A DNA stretch of 63,887 nt, the filler included, from Hausera hauseri (Eukaryota), in NCBI GenBank assembly GCA_046269625.1. It is 12 parts of 12 records of this genome, joined end to end, with 100 filler letters (N's around TTAATTAATTAA, not from the genome) between each part and the next. Parts side by side here need not be neighbours in the genome. Positions count along the whole stretch, not along the records: positions 20,820 to 26,253 come from JBJURY010256292.1; positions 26,354 to 31,967 come from JBJURY010220519.1; positions 32,068 to 41,720 come from JBJURY010321049.1; 9 more parts are not named here. One strand, written 5' to 3'. Made by a program: the position numbers and the translations under genes. The first letter of the stretch is position 1, and each line of letters starts with the position of its first letter. Under the pieces are notes generated by a model. That model did no database searches. It was not told the origin of the DNA and saw only the letters and a list, made by a program, of their open reading frames with translations. Below, piece after piece: positions 21,766 to 32,958 of this stretch.

Positions 21766-22209
21766 ATGTATTTGGAAAACAGTTCAGCAGGTGGTAACAG
21801 CAGTCTCTCAATAAAGCCACGGTACAGCGAATATTCGCTCAGAAATTCCCGGTTGTATTATGAATACATTTTACATTATCTGCGCAACGCTATTCAATTG
21901 CCCTTGACGCAAATGGTCAAAATCAAACCGGTGAAATATGGTCTATTGGTGAAAAAGATCAGCGACGATGATTTGGATACAATGGAATATATAATTAGAA
22001 AAGTTAACAAAGATTTGGCGTTGAGTAACGATATCCAAGATACATTGTCGATTTTTCTCAAAGGAAATATGGAGAAAATTGTCAGTTCATATGGTGGAGA
22101 ACCAGCAGTTGCAGCAAAAGCAGTTTTGCCACCGGAAGATGCTAAAGGCTGCTTGACATTGAAGCTCAAAGGATTCAAGGAAAGGAGCGGCGTCAAATCC
22201 CAAATATAG
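21766..22209 (+). CDS. Hypothetical protein (possible start at MVKIKPV, about 21913), convergent with pPolB
   Basis: Open frame with globular composition, followed by AATAAA near 22280. Confidence 0.45.
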   Translation: MYLENSSAGGNSSLSIKPRYSEYSLRNSRLYYEYILHYLRNAIQLPLTQMVKIKPVKYGLLVKKISDDDLDTMEYIIRKVNKDLALSNDIQDTLSIFLKGNMEKIVSSYGGEPAVAAKAVLPPEDAKGCLTLKLKGFKERSGVKSQI

Positions 22210-22521
22210 AAAATGGGGAATTTTAATGATTTAACTGACTTTGTGTGCTTTTGTGATTTTATTTTTTCTCCGATCAGTAAATAAATGTATTCGTGTTACA
22301 TATTTTGTTTTCTCGTGCAAGGTTATTGTTTTACTTTTACTTCTATCTTACTTAATAATAATAAGCTAAGTAAGTAACCGAAAACAAAACACTGAACAAA
22401 ATACGTTGTTGAAATATAAAAACGATACACATAGGATAATTGTCAATGATTGTCACAGTAACTGAACTGAACTGAACTGACTTGTGTGAACCGACAGAGC
22501 ACCGATTGTTTCGACGTGCGT

Positions 22522-25500
22522 TTATTTTAGCCGCCGATGTCCATACGCCCAACTCTTATTTCCCCCAACCCACTTTCACTTATCATCGTTACATGACAAA
22601 ACGACTTTTGCACTAGTTATTGTGTACAGCTGGTGCTCAATTTATCGGATGATCGTTTGAGACACAACAGCCACTGAGTGTCCTCCTCCTTCTGCTGCTG
22701 CTGCTTCTTCATATATACAGCGATAATCACCGTGGTTGATTTCCGTCTGTCTAAGTCCAACTCCTTTTCCCCGAATTTTCGGTCCACAATTCGTCAGAAG
22801 ACTGTAGCACTTTGGGCGTAGGAATATCCATTCCCGATGGAGAACCCTGCCTTCACTTTCATCCTTGAAGCAGCCGATTTTTTGTTTTTCTGTTGTACAA
22901 CGGATGATCCGGTGGATAGTTTGACGTGTTTAATAATCCATCTGACTGCATTTCCTGCAGTAGCTGTTCGCGATTGACTTTTTTCAGCCGCAGGAAAAAA
23001 CTGTCTGTGTCACCGGCAATTATACTAATGTAACAGCCGTTAAACATTTTCCAGTAATGTACCAAATCGCGATACTGTTGCTCATACATACGCAACTTTC
23101 TCAGGTCTAATACCACTTGTCCGATATAACTTGGCTGGTCCAGAACGACTGCTTCTCTGTTTAACAGCACCGCAACCAATCCATCGGCAATGTGTATTGA
23201 CCGCCTGAACTGTGCTTTGCTCGTGCACGTGACCAACCGCTTTTCGCTGTTGCATAGGTGTACACTGAGACGCTTTTTCAGATTCTTCACGGATTTCCAT
23301 AGAGGAAATTGTTTTTCAGCTTGCAGTAGTCCTTTTCGAACTTTGTACAGGCTGCGGCTCGTTTTCTCGAATTTCCATCTATGTACGCCTTGAATATGGG
23401 AGCCTGAGCAAATCGGACTGCATGATGCAGCTGTGTGACGCGAACACTGAGCTGCATGTAGAACTGTAGCAAACGCCAATGGACCACGTACTTCAGCTTC
23501 AGTTCATGCGTCATGGGCAGTTTTTTCACTTTGAGCCTGGCGGACATTGGTTAAATGGTGCGATCGGTAAATCGTCCAAAACGTCATGCAGCTCGTCTGG
23601 TACCACGAGTTCGACCTCCATCACGTATCCGACTGAGCCTGCCATGTCTTTTTGTGGTAGCTTGACCATCATGTCGTACAGATCTTGTCTGTCGACTACA
23701 CATTCGAATGAACCGTACGGCAAGAGTTGCGAAAGCTCCAGCCGTACATGTTATTAATACGGACCTGATGTTTGTTGACAAATACCATGCCACCGCGAAT
23801 ACCAATATCAAACAGCCGGTATATTTACGGGTCTTGCATCAGGTCAGTGTCTCGATCCAGTGATATTAGAGCTGACGCCCAACTCATTCCCAGTATGGAA
23901 TAAAAAATAAGTGGCTCCAGCCTATCTTCAGCCAAAGCTTTCGCTCAAAACGCTTTAAACACATCGGCTAATAAGTACACGTCCAGTTTAAGATACTGGA
24001 GCATGTAATCCAACATCTTTCTACAGCCGAGTTCTGCCAACATTTCTGTGCTTTTCGGTATTCATCTTTGCGATACCTGTCCATAGCGGTGTAATTCCTC
24101 TGCTGTCCGGAGTCGCTAATACGATGTTGCAAAATAATATGGAAATATGCCTCTGCTGCGTGAAATATGTGCGGGAAACTGAGTCAATGTTAGCGGCACA
24201 TCCGACAAGGCATTCACCACCTTTGCCAATGATTCATTAAGAAAGTGCAATGAATCAAGGAAGCGTACCTGGAACCGGTTTATACGAGCAGACAGTGACA
24301 GGTATTTCTCCATCGTAGTCTCCATCGTTTATTGTCCATTTCAAAATACGGTGACAATCATAACCCCTGAAGTTATAAAATACCACCGGTATGAATGGCC
24401 GCACACGCCTTGCCAAATTGTATGAATTACATGCTGCTCTTAGATATCGACCAGTAAAATGATCGTGATCCAGTACGAGTCGTTCCAGTGCGTCGAACGG
24501 TAATATTTTATTGCACAGGTATCATTCATCTGTGACTGAAAACATCCGGCGTTCATCTTCATCTGTTCACATCAAGGACTTGTTGCTATTTCTACTGTAC
24601 CATGGCGCGATTTCAGTTTCCACTGTGGTTTGCTACTTCTGCAAGAAATTGCGTACCCAATTCCATCCGTGGAAAACATAATATTGAGGTTGACCTGCGG
24701 CTTTTATTAAGACAACTAATATACCGACAGCGATCGGAACATGTTTTTGGTCATATATGTTGTGCCATGGTATGATATTTTCAATATCGGCATATACTAC
24801 ATATACCGGACTGTCGGTTTTTGACAAATCAGTGAACCTGAGTTCCTGTTTGACGGGCATAACATACATTAGTATTCCTGAAGAATTTCGTCTGCACAGA
24901 ATCACGTGTTTAGTCCATGTTGTTTCCAATTTGAATCCATGAAGACGTACAGGAAACCATTTACACTGTATCCATTTTTGGAGGAAATGGTCATGTTCTA
25001 TGTTTAGTAATCTGTCCAGATTTGTCACTACAACGTAATGGTACTTTTTTTTTGTTCCAGTAGCAACAAATTTACTGAGCGGCCATTTGGGTTCCGACTA
25101 CGATAGATGATATCAATATGAGGATTTTTGTAAATTTCTTCATCGGCTGGTATTTCCACGATTGCGTTGTACCGGAACACGTTGATTGTCAGTGTCGGAT
25201 TACGCAGTTCAAAAGCCAGAATGGATTTCAGTTTCACCGGCATCCAGATTTCATCGAAATCAAATTCGGAAAAATATTTCTTATACTGTTTTGGACGAGA
25301 TGCACTATGTCTGTCCACTTGGTCATATTTCAATACCGCCAGAATACTGTAAAGAAAATCGTATTTATCATTAGTATTTTTTACATTTACTACCACCAGA
25401 GACTGCTTCAGATCTGCAGATCTCGGTATGAATTATGTCACTTGACTTTATTATGATAAAGCCGAGGGTGACAATTCGTATAATTCGCCATCCACTATCC

Positions 25501-26253
25501 TTTGCTATGTAGTTAGTGATTTTCTCCTCGAGCTTTTCACCAATCTCAGAGATAAAATCCTCAGTATATGGTACAGCTCGATGTGACAGGTTCCTGTCGC
25601 CTTGCAGGTTTTCGAATCGTGCAAGTGCGTAATACTGCACTTTGCAGTGGTGGTGTTGGAATTTGTCCACTTCAGATTCCAACCGGTTTCACACAATGGA
25701 TTGAGCATGTCTCAATTGCGTTGTTGTTGTCGCCGACATGTTCACTTTTATATCCACGTACGATTTTTTCAGATGATACTTGATAGTAATGCGTAGTTCC
25801 TTCCCCTGTTGCTCTTGTTCCTGCTGCTGATGCTCCTTATGCTGTTTTTGATTTCTGTTGTTTTGCAAGTATCCGTCAAGGCTTGTTGATGCCTGATGTT
25901 TCCTACTTGTTGAGTGAATACTGCTGCTGATGCTTTTTGGTGCGGCCATTAATATTTGTTTTTTCGACCGCTTAAACTGGTTTAAGTGGTCATGGTTCTG
26001 ATTATAAAATTGTTCATAGTGGATATTATCTTACTATTGAACAACCGGGACAAATATATGCTCGTTTACCGTGCACTGTAGTGGTTCCATAGTACTGCTT
26101 TATTGTACTATGGCAGTCATCAACGTCGTGCACTGTCCTTGTACAGTACCGCGGGTACATGGGGCAATGCACTAGAATCATCTTCTTCGACCGTGTAAGC
26201 GGTCCGAGATGATGCTTGTGCATCTCATAAAAATAGGGGTACGGACATTGGGC
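22522..26253 (-). pseudogene. Protein-primed family-B DNA polymerase (Polinton/Maverick/adintovirus type), heavily frameshifted
   Basis: VVYADIE (ExoI), DHDHFTGRYLRAA (endonuclease VII-like), RFLDSLHFL, RGIFPY, KLKNNFLYG (motif B), AGDTDSFF (motif C), TSNYPPDHPLY, DDK..AYGH. N-terminal Cys/His repeat. Confidence 0.9.
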
Positions 26254-26353
26254 NNNNNNNNNNNNNNNNNNNNNNNNNNNNNNNNNNNNNNNNNNNNTTA
26301 ATTAATTAANNNNNNNNNNNNNNNNNNNNNNNNNNNNNNNNNNNNNNNNNNNN

Positions 26354-29300
26354 GCTACCATATGTAGAGTTGTTTCTTCACGTGGCTTCTGTGTTGTTAT
26401 ATCTGTGGCAAGTATATTTTCTATGTCTTCGCCTTTTTGTAATCCTGGATAAATACTTTCTGCTAAAGTGCATAAGGTAATTGTCTGATTTTGCTTTCCT
26501 GATGCATTAATTTGTATTATGTACTCTGTCTGACGTTTTAATGCGTTATATTCTACTTGTCGTGTAATTTGTATAAGTTTTACTTTTTATCTGTCATATA
26601 AGGTTCGACAGTTTATTTTTATATAGTAGTTTAATTCTTTGTCAACAATGAACACTATTCTCTACTGATGGACCGAAAATCTTATAGGTATATCTTTAAT
26701 TTCTGTTTTAGGTATATTGTTTGTTGTAGTAATTCGGGCGGTCGACATTTTAGTCGGGGTTTCCATAGAAATTTTCCAAATTCTATTTTCTGGATAGTAG
26801 GGTCGTAATTGTATACTTGATTGATTAGGCCGTATCGCGTATAAGTCAAATTTTACTTTGATTTCTTGGTTCACGGGTATTTTACAACACAGATGTTGCA
26901 CATCTGCATGAATGAAACAATATTTTATTTTCGGAGTTGGTCCTATTGCTGCCTTAAATACGATACAGATTTCCCGATTGACGGTTAGCTCCGTCCGAGT
27001 ATTTACTTGAATACATTGTCTTTCCTTATTCACGGAGATTCTATGGATATTTTAGTTTAGTAGTCTTATGGCTGGATTAGTAGATCGTAACATTTTGTTA
27101 ACTTTTATTCCATGCTGCCTATTCCCAGAGGGATGACTAGTTTGAATTGTGGTTTTGTTTCATTAATTTTAGATAAATTCGGTAGGTACAGAGGATAGGT
27201 CAGATTAAAAGTATGTCCGAAATCTATGTCGCAACATTGCGTACGTTCTCCGGGCTCAAAATCACAATTCTTTGCTTCTTTTGTTATTACATCGACTACG
27301 ACAATTTGGATCCTTCCAGAATTTTGGTGTGGTTTCCGTGTTTTAAATCCAACGCATGTGGAGTTAGGTGAATAATAATGGATCCTTATTGCTTGTAATA
27401 ATCTTGTATCTTCTTGTCTTTAATTTGCTTCGACTGTTGATTTCTTTCCGTTTTAATAACCTCCAATCTTGCTCCACTTTTCCAAATTCTGTAACTGTTG
27501 TACCACTCTTTAGCTTGTGTTCTCGGGATATAGGAGGCAATTAACGATAATGCTAAAACTATTTCAACGTACGATATTGGTCTATTGATTATGAAGGATA
27601 TTTTCCTTTCCCCTTTTCCTTGATTCGAGCTGGATCGCAAATTAGAGCGTTTTTCAGGTCTTATTTCTGTTTTAACAATTCTCTGTATGGATACTGTTTC
27701 TTCTTCACCATTTGTATTAATGTGTACAGTAGTTGGTGTGGTTTGAATAACTTCATAAGGTCCTCGTCCTGTACGAGTAAGTTTTAATGATGTACCTTTC
27801 TTTGCAACTAGATAGCGCACGTAGACCCAGTTCCCTTTTTCTAAATCGTGGGGTTTGGCCTTCTTATAGTATTGTTTCCTAAACTGTTTTTGATACTCAA
27901 GAGTGAGCGTTTTTGCTATATCCCAACATTTTGGTAATCGTATTTGCAAGTCTTTTGCGAAATTTGGTTCTAAATCTTCTGAATTTGCGTGATAAGGAGT
28001 CATCCCTAAGTCCGTAGGTAATATTGCTTCGTGTCCATACATCATAAAGAGTGACGTAAATCAGGTGGCCGGGTGTAAAGTAGTATTGATAGCAAATTGC
28101 GTTCCTTCTAAAAATTTGTCCCAGTACTTTTGATCCTTTGCTAGTACAGTCGATAAGATTCGTGTAACTGTTGCATTATACGTTTGACCATCCCACTACA
28201 CTGAGGGTGATATGCAGTAGTAGTTAGTCGTTTGATTTCGAAAATTTTAGAAATTTTGTCAAATAATTCTCTTGTAAAAATTCTTCCTCTATCGGTTAGT
28301 ATTTGATCGGATGGTCCGTATCTGCAGATGATTTTCCTTACTACTGCGTCGGCTAGAGTTTCCGCCTTTTGATCGATTAGTGCGATCAATTCCACAAAGT
28401 GTGTTAAACAATCTACGCACGTCAGAATATATTTGTTATTTTTATGTGTTGTATGTAAAGGTCCTACTATATTCATAGACATAGCTTGTATAGGCCTGTC
28501 TGGTACATCGATTGGTTTTAATTCTGCTATATAGTTTTCACTTTCTTTTGCTTTGTTGCACAGACTTCATAGGCGTCTACCCAGTTCTTTACGTCGATAT
28601 AAACGCTTGGCCAGTAATACTTATTTAATATTCTTTCTAATGTTTTCTTCCATGCCATATGTCCAGCTAAATGTGAATCGTGTTCGGCCATTAACACTTC
28701 CGTCCGTAATCCTTTTGGAATAACTACCAGTTTCCATCCCTTTCGTTCGTAATATAAAATATTATCCAGATTTGATGTATAATATTTGTGTACGTGTCTC
28801 TGTAAGTGTTTCTTTAGTTGACGTCCTCTTGGTATCTCATCTTGCTCGTCAAATTTGACTATTTGTTGGATAACTTTATCTTTAGCTTGTTCTGCAGAAA
28901 TTTCGATTGCTTTATTTAGTGTTAGGGTCTGCTGTTGCTCGACTAATTTTTCGAGCTGGGCTTTCTTCATGGTCGTAATTGTGCTTGTCTTTGTTTTAAG
29001 ACTTGATAAAGCGTCTGCGTCAATGTGTTTGTTTCCAGGTTTATATTGGAATTCAATGTTGTATCGGGAGATTTCCTCAATTCACCGATTTAATCTACAT
29101 GTTGGGTTATTTGCCCGTCCTTTAACGTTGTAACCGCCTTGGGATTGGTAACTATAATAATTTTCTGCCCATAAACGTAGACATTGAAATGCCTTAGGGC
29201 TTCTTTTACGGCTAGAGTCTCAAGTTCAGATACTGAATAATTTTTCCCAGCTTTTTTATGCGATCGTCCTCCATATGCAATTGGATGCTCCAATTCTTCG

Positions 29301-31967
29301 CCTTCTCGTTTCTGAGCGAATTCGTAACCAATTCCTTCTTTACTTGAATCTGTTTTAATTATAAATTGTAAATTAAAATCGGGTTATCTTAACACTGGTT
29401 CACTTGTTAAAAATTTCTTCATTTCGTCGAATGCTTTCTGTTCAACATCGGTCCATCTCCATTTGATACCTTTTTTAATAGCCGATATAGTGGCGCGTTT
29501 ATTCTCGAATTGTCTGGCACATATTTCGCATAATATCCACATAAGCCTAACCAATGTCTCAACTCTTTCTGGTTCTGGGGTTCCATACAATCCAATATTT
29601 TATTTATTAAAGATTTATCTGGTTTTAACCCTCCTTCAAAGACTATATGTCCTAGATAAGATGCAGCATTTTGTGCCCATTTAGATTTTTTTGGGTTCAA
29701 TTTCAATCCTGCCTGTTCCAACCGCATAAGTGTGTTTTGATATCATTTTGGTGTTCGTCTTCTCTTTTTGATGCTATCATTACATCGTTTAAATATGCGA
29801 ACGCGTGATCTAGTCCCATTAACATCTTATTCATCATTCTGGTGAAAATAGCTGGGCCGGTTACACCGAACGGCATGACGTTAGATTCGTAAACTCCGTC
29901 GTGTGTCTTGAACGCTGTTTTATAGTGGTCATCTTCTTCAATTTCCACTTGCCAGTATCCGGATTGTAAATCTAGTGTGGTAAACCATTNNNNNNNNNNG
30001 CTTCTTTCACTGATGGTAACGGAAATGAGCCTTTCATCATGAGCGTATTTAGGGCTCTGTAATCTATACAGAATTGGTGTTTAGTGTACCTTTTTTCTTA
30101 ACCATGAGTATTGGTGAGTACCAAGATCGATAGCTTGGTCGTATTCTGTCAGCTTTTAACATGCGTTCTACCTCTTTGGTTGTTTCAGGCCTTAATGAAT
30201 GCGGTGGTGGATACCATTTAGGCATCTTTTGCTCTTCCAAGTCAATTTCATCATTGGAGCCAGGTTTCTTTTTTAATGGAATCGTTAATCTTAAGGTTTT
30301 TGCTATGCCTATATCTTCTTCATTTTGTGCAATAATCGACTTATATCTAAATGGTAATTCGTAAAACTGACAATACGCTTCTGGTGAAAATTTTATTTCG
30401 ACGTGAGGTGGAAATTCAGCATATTTATATGGTTTTTCTTCGATTATTATTGTTGACACCTTATAAGTATGACCCAATGTAGTATTGGCGTACGACGTTA
30501 CGGGAGTTGATGCATTATTTACTAACCTGATTGGTACTCTTCCTGTCGTTAATCTTGTCAAAATATTACTAAGTATAATATTTGGATTAACGTCTTCTTG
30601 TGGCTCAAAATATACTGGTTGGTCGTCCTCTTCGCGGATTTGAGCATAAATTAGCATTTTGGTTCTAGGCGGTATATTTTCGTCGACGGGAATCCATACT
30701 TCTCCCTGTTTGCTTTCTTTCATTGTCTTGATACCTTTTACTGGTCCGAGTTCTATTAGTTTTCCGGTTTGTAAGTTTATTGCGATATTGTTAATTGCTT
30801 TAGTATATCGCAACCCAACACTACGTCATCGGTTAGTTGGTCCATTATGGCAAACTCGTGTCGGAGGTTTTGGCCCATTAATTGAACTAGGGGGCTCCAC
30901 TTAAATTTCGGTTTGGATTCTTGTCCGAAGACTCCGATGCTACCTGGATTTGATGACGATGCAGGCTGCAGTTGTTTCCGTAATATAGGCGGTATTGATT
31001 CTAATTTTATAAATGAGTCTCTGATCCTGTGTCGATTAAAGTATAGACTTCCCAATCTTCAATGGTAATCTTTGTGAAGGGTCCCTCTTCCATAACTGTT
31101 CCATAACAACTTGATATGTCTTTTGGTCTTTTAATTGAAGAATTTTGTGTCCGTTTATTGTTATTTCTGGTGATAAGATGATATTCTCGGTCAACTGTTT
31201 CAGTTCTTCGTTAGGGTATAAGTCGTTGATTGCTACACCAATTGCATTGTTTCTAATTAACGGTTCTTGTACTATAGAATTTTTGAACGATTTCACTCCT
31301 TGTGTTCCCCAGACTGTTGATCTGGTCTCTATATTGCGAGCTATTCTCGGTGAGTACAATACCCTATGGTCATCTTCCGCTCGTCTTTGACTAGTGATTT
31401 GCATTTTCTTTAATACTCCGTATTGTTTTGTTCCTTCATAAGGATCTTCACAGTTAAAAGGTTTCTGACAGAATGCCGATCTATATGACACCATAGATGT
31501 TTTGTCGCAATCCTCGTATATTGGAGTTGTTGGCGGTATGATGGGCAAAGGTGCCTTAATTACTGAATACATTTTGTGTCTATTTGGTCCGAGGATTACT
31601 TCTTCCTTAAGCTCATCATCATCTGAATTATTTCTTCGCGTCATATGTTTCTTAACCTTGCGTTTCAGCCGAAATATGGCTCTTGCTCGTCGTTTGTAAT
31701 TATAGTAGCCGACATGACGTTCAACGTCATATTTCCATCCATTTTCCTCATATGCTTTAAGCATTTTGCCGAATGGGATGATGATTGCGGTTAAGATTTT
31801 GCAGGAAAATCCTGTTAATGTAAATATTTCATACCCATTTTTAACTGCTTGGATTACCGCTTTTACTAGTTGTACTAAGAAATAGATTGATAAAATTTAG
31901 ATGCGGCTTGCCCAAAAATTAAAAATCTTCCCCATATCTTGTAGAGTATTTCGGTAGTTACCCAGAT
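26354..31967 (-). mobile_element. Decayed Ty3/Gypsy element with integrase-fused ectodomain
   Basis: Protease LIDTGS/VVLGCDIL, dUTPase-like insert, RT (LDLQSGYWQV, MPFG, YLND), RNase H (YSVSELETLAV), integrase (HDSHLAGHM, TDRG, TTAYHPQ), then signal-like IVLALSLIASYIPRTQA and Cys/FN3-like modules. Confidence 0.92.
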
Positions 31968-32067
31968 NNNNNNNNNNNNNNNNNNNNNNNNNNNNNNNNN
32001 NNNNNNNNNNNTTAATTAATTAANNNNNNNNNNNNNNNNNNNNNNNNNNNNNNNNNNNNNNNNNNNN

Positions 32068-32735
32068 TGCAAAAATCAATAATATCGGATTTCCGATATT
32101 TCCAATATTGATGATTAGGACATGTGACCGGGTGGAATCGATTGAAAACATGGTGCAGTATATGAAAGTGCAGTTAGAATTTAAATTTATCGAGCCAATT
32201 TTGAATAATATCGATGCAAAGTTCAACTGAGGGAGAACCCACATAGGTTTTTTAAATCCTAAGGAAGCAAAATTCGATATTATAATTAGCGGGGGCAGAG
32301 AGGAAATCGGCGATGGCAATCTCGAATCTTGAGTCAGATATTTGGAATTCAAATATTTTTTTACTCGAATATCGAATATCGAACTATTCGAAAAATCTAA
32401 CAGCGGCAATCGATTTCTCATATTCGAATACCCCCTTGTGTATAAAAATTATTCCATGAAAGTGTACTATATATGCACAAAATCAATATTTCGAATTAAG
32501 CAAAATGGCATTTAAAGCTCAGTGAAGCGGAAATCAATAAATATAAATGCGAAAAGGGATAGGAAGTCATGTATGCAGAATCGGATTGTGGCATCAGGTA
32601 TTCGAAATCAAGCTTACAAGTCGAATACTTAGCTATTTGAACTCGAAAACTCGGTCAAATATGTATTATTCGAAGAATCTAATGACATCATTCGATTCTC
32701 CATTGTCGAAAACCTTAAATTTGTCACCTGCATGT
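32068..32735. repeat. TCGAAT-rich non-autonomous DNA-transposon-like repeat
   Basis: Many TCGAAT/ATTCGA motifs. Possible terminus AAATTTGTCACCTGCATG near 32718-32734. Confidence 0.4.
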
Positions 32736-32958
32736 ATTTAGTTTAATTTATGCATTAAAACAAAAGCGCATTAATACCTTAAATTTCGCACTGCCTTCTA
32801 TTTAATTTAATTGATGCATTAAAACAAAAGCGCATTAAAACCGATCAATAAAGGGGGCAGTACATGTAGATATGGCAATATTTTTCATTATTTCCAAAAT
32901 CACTTCAATGAATGGTGAGTTTTTTAATTGTTCTCCTCAAATAATTAGTTGACTTTAG

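Noticed and set aside
18633-26253. RING/IAP cassette directly adjacent to the pPolB block as one element
   Set aside because: They are separated by the artificial spacer at 20720-20819. The only in-sequence support for a link is the RING gene between the pPolBs at 37147.
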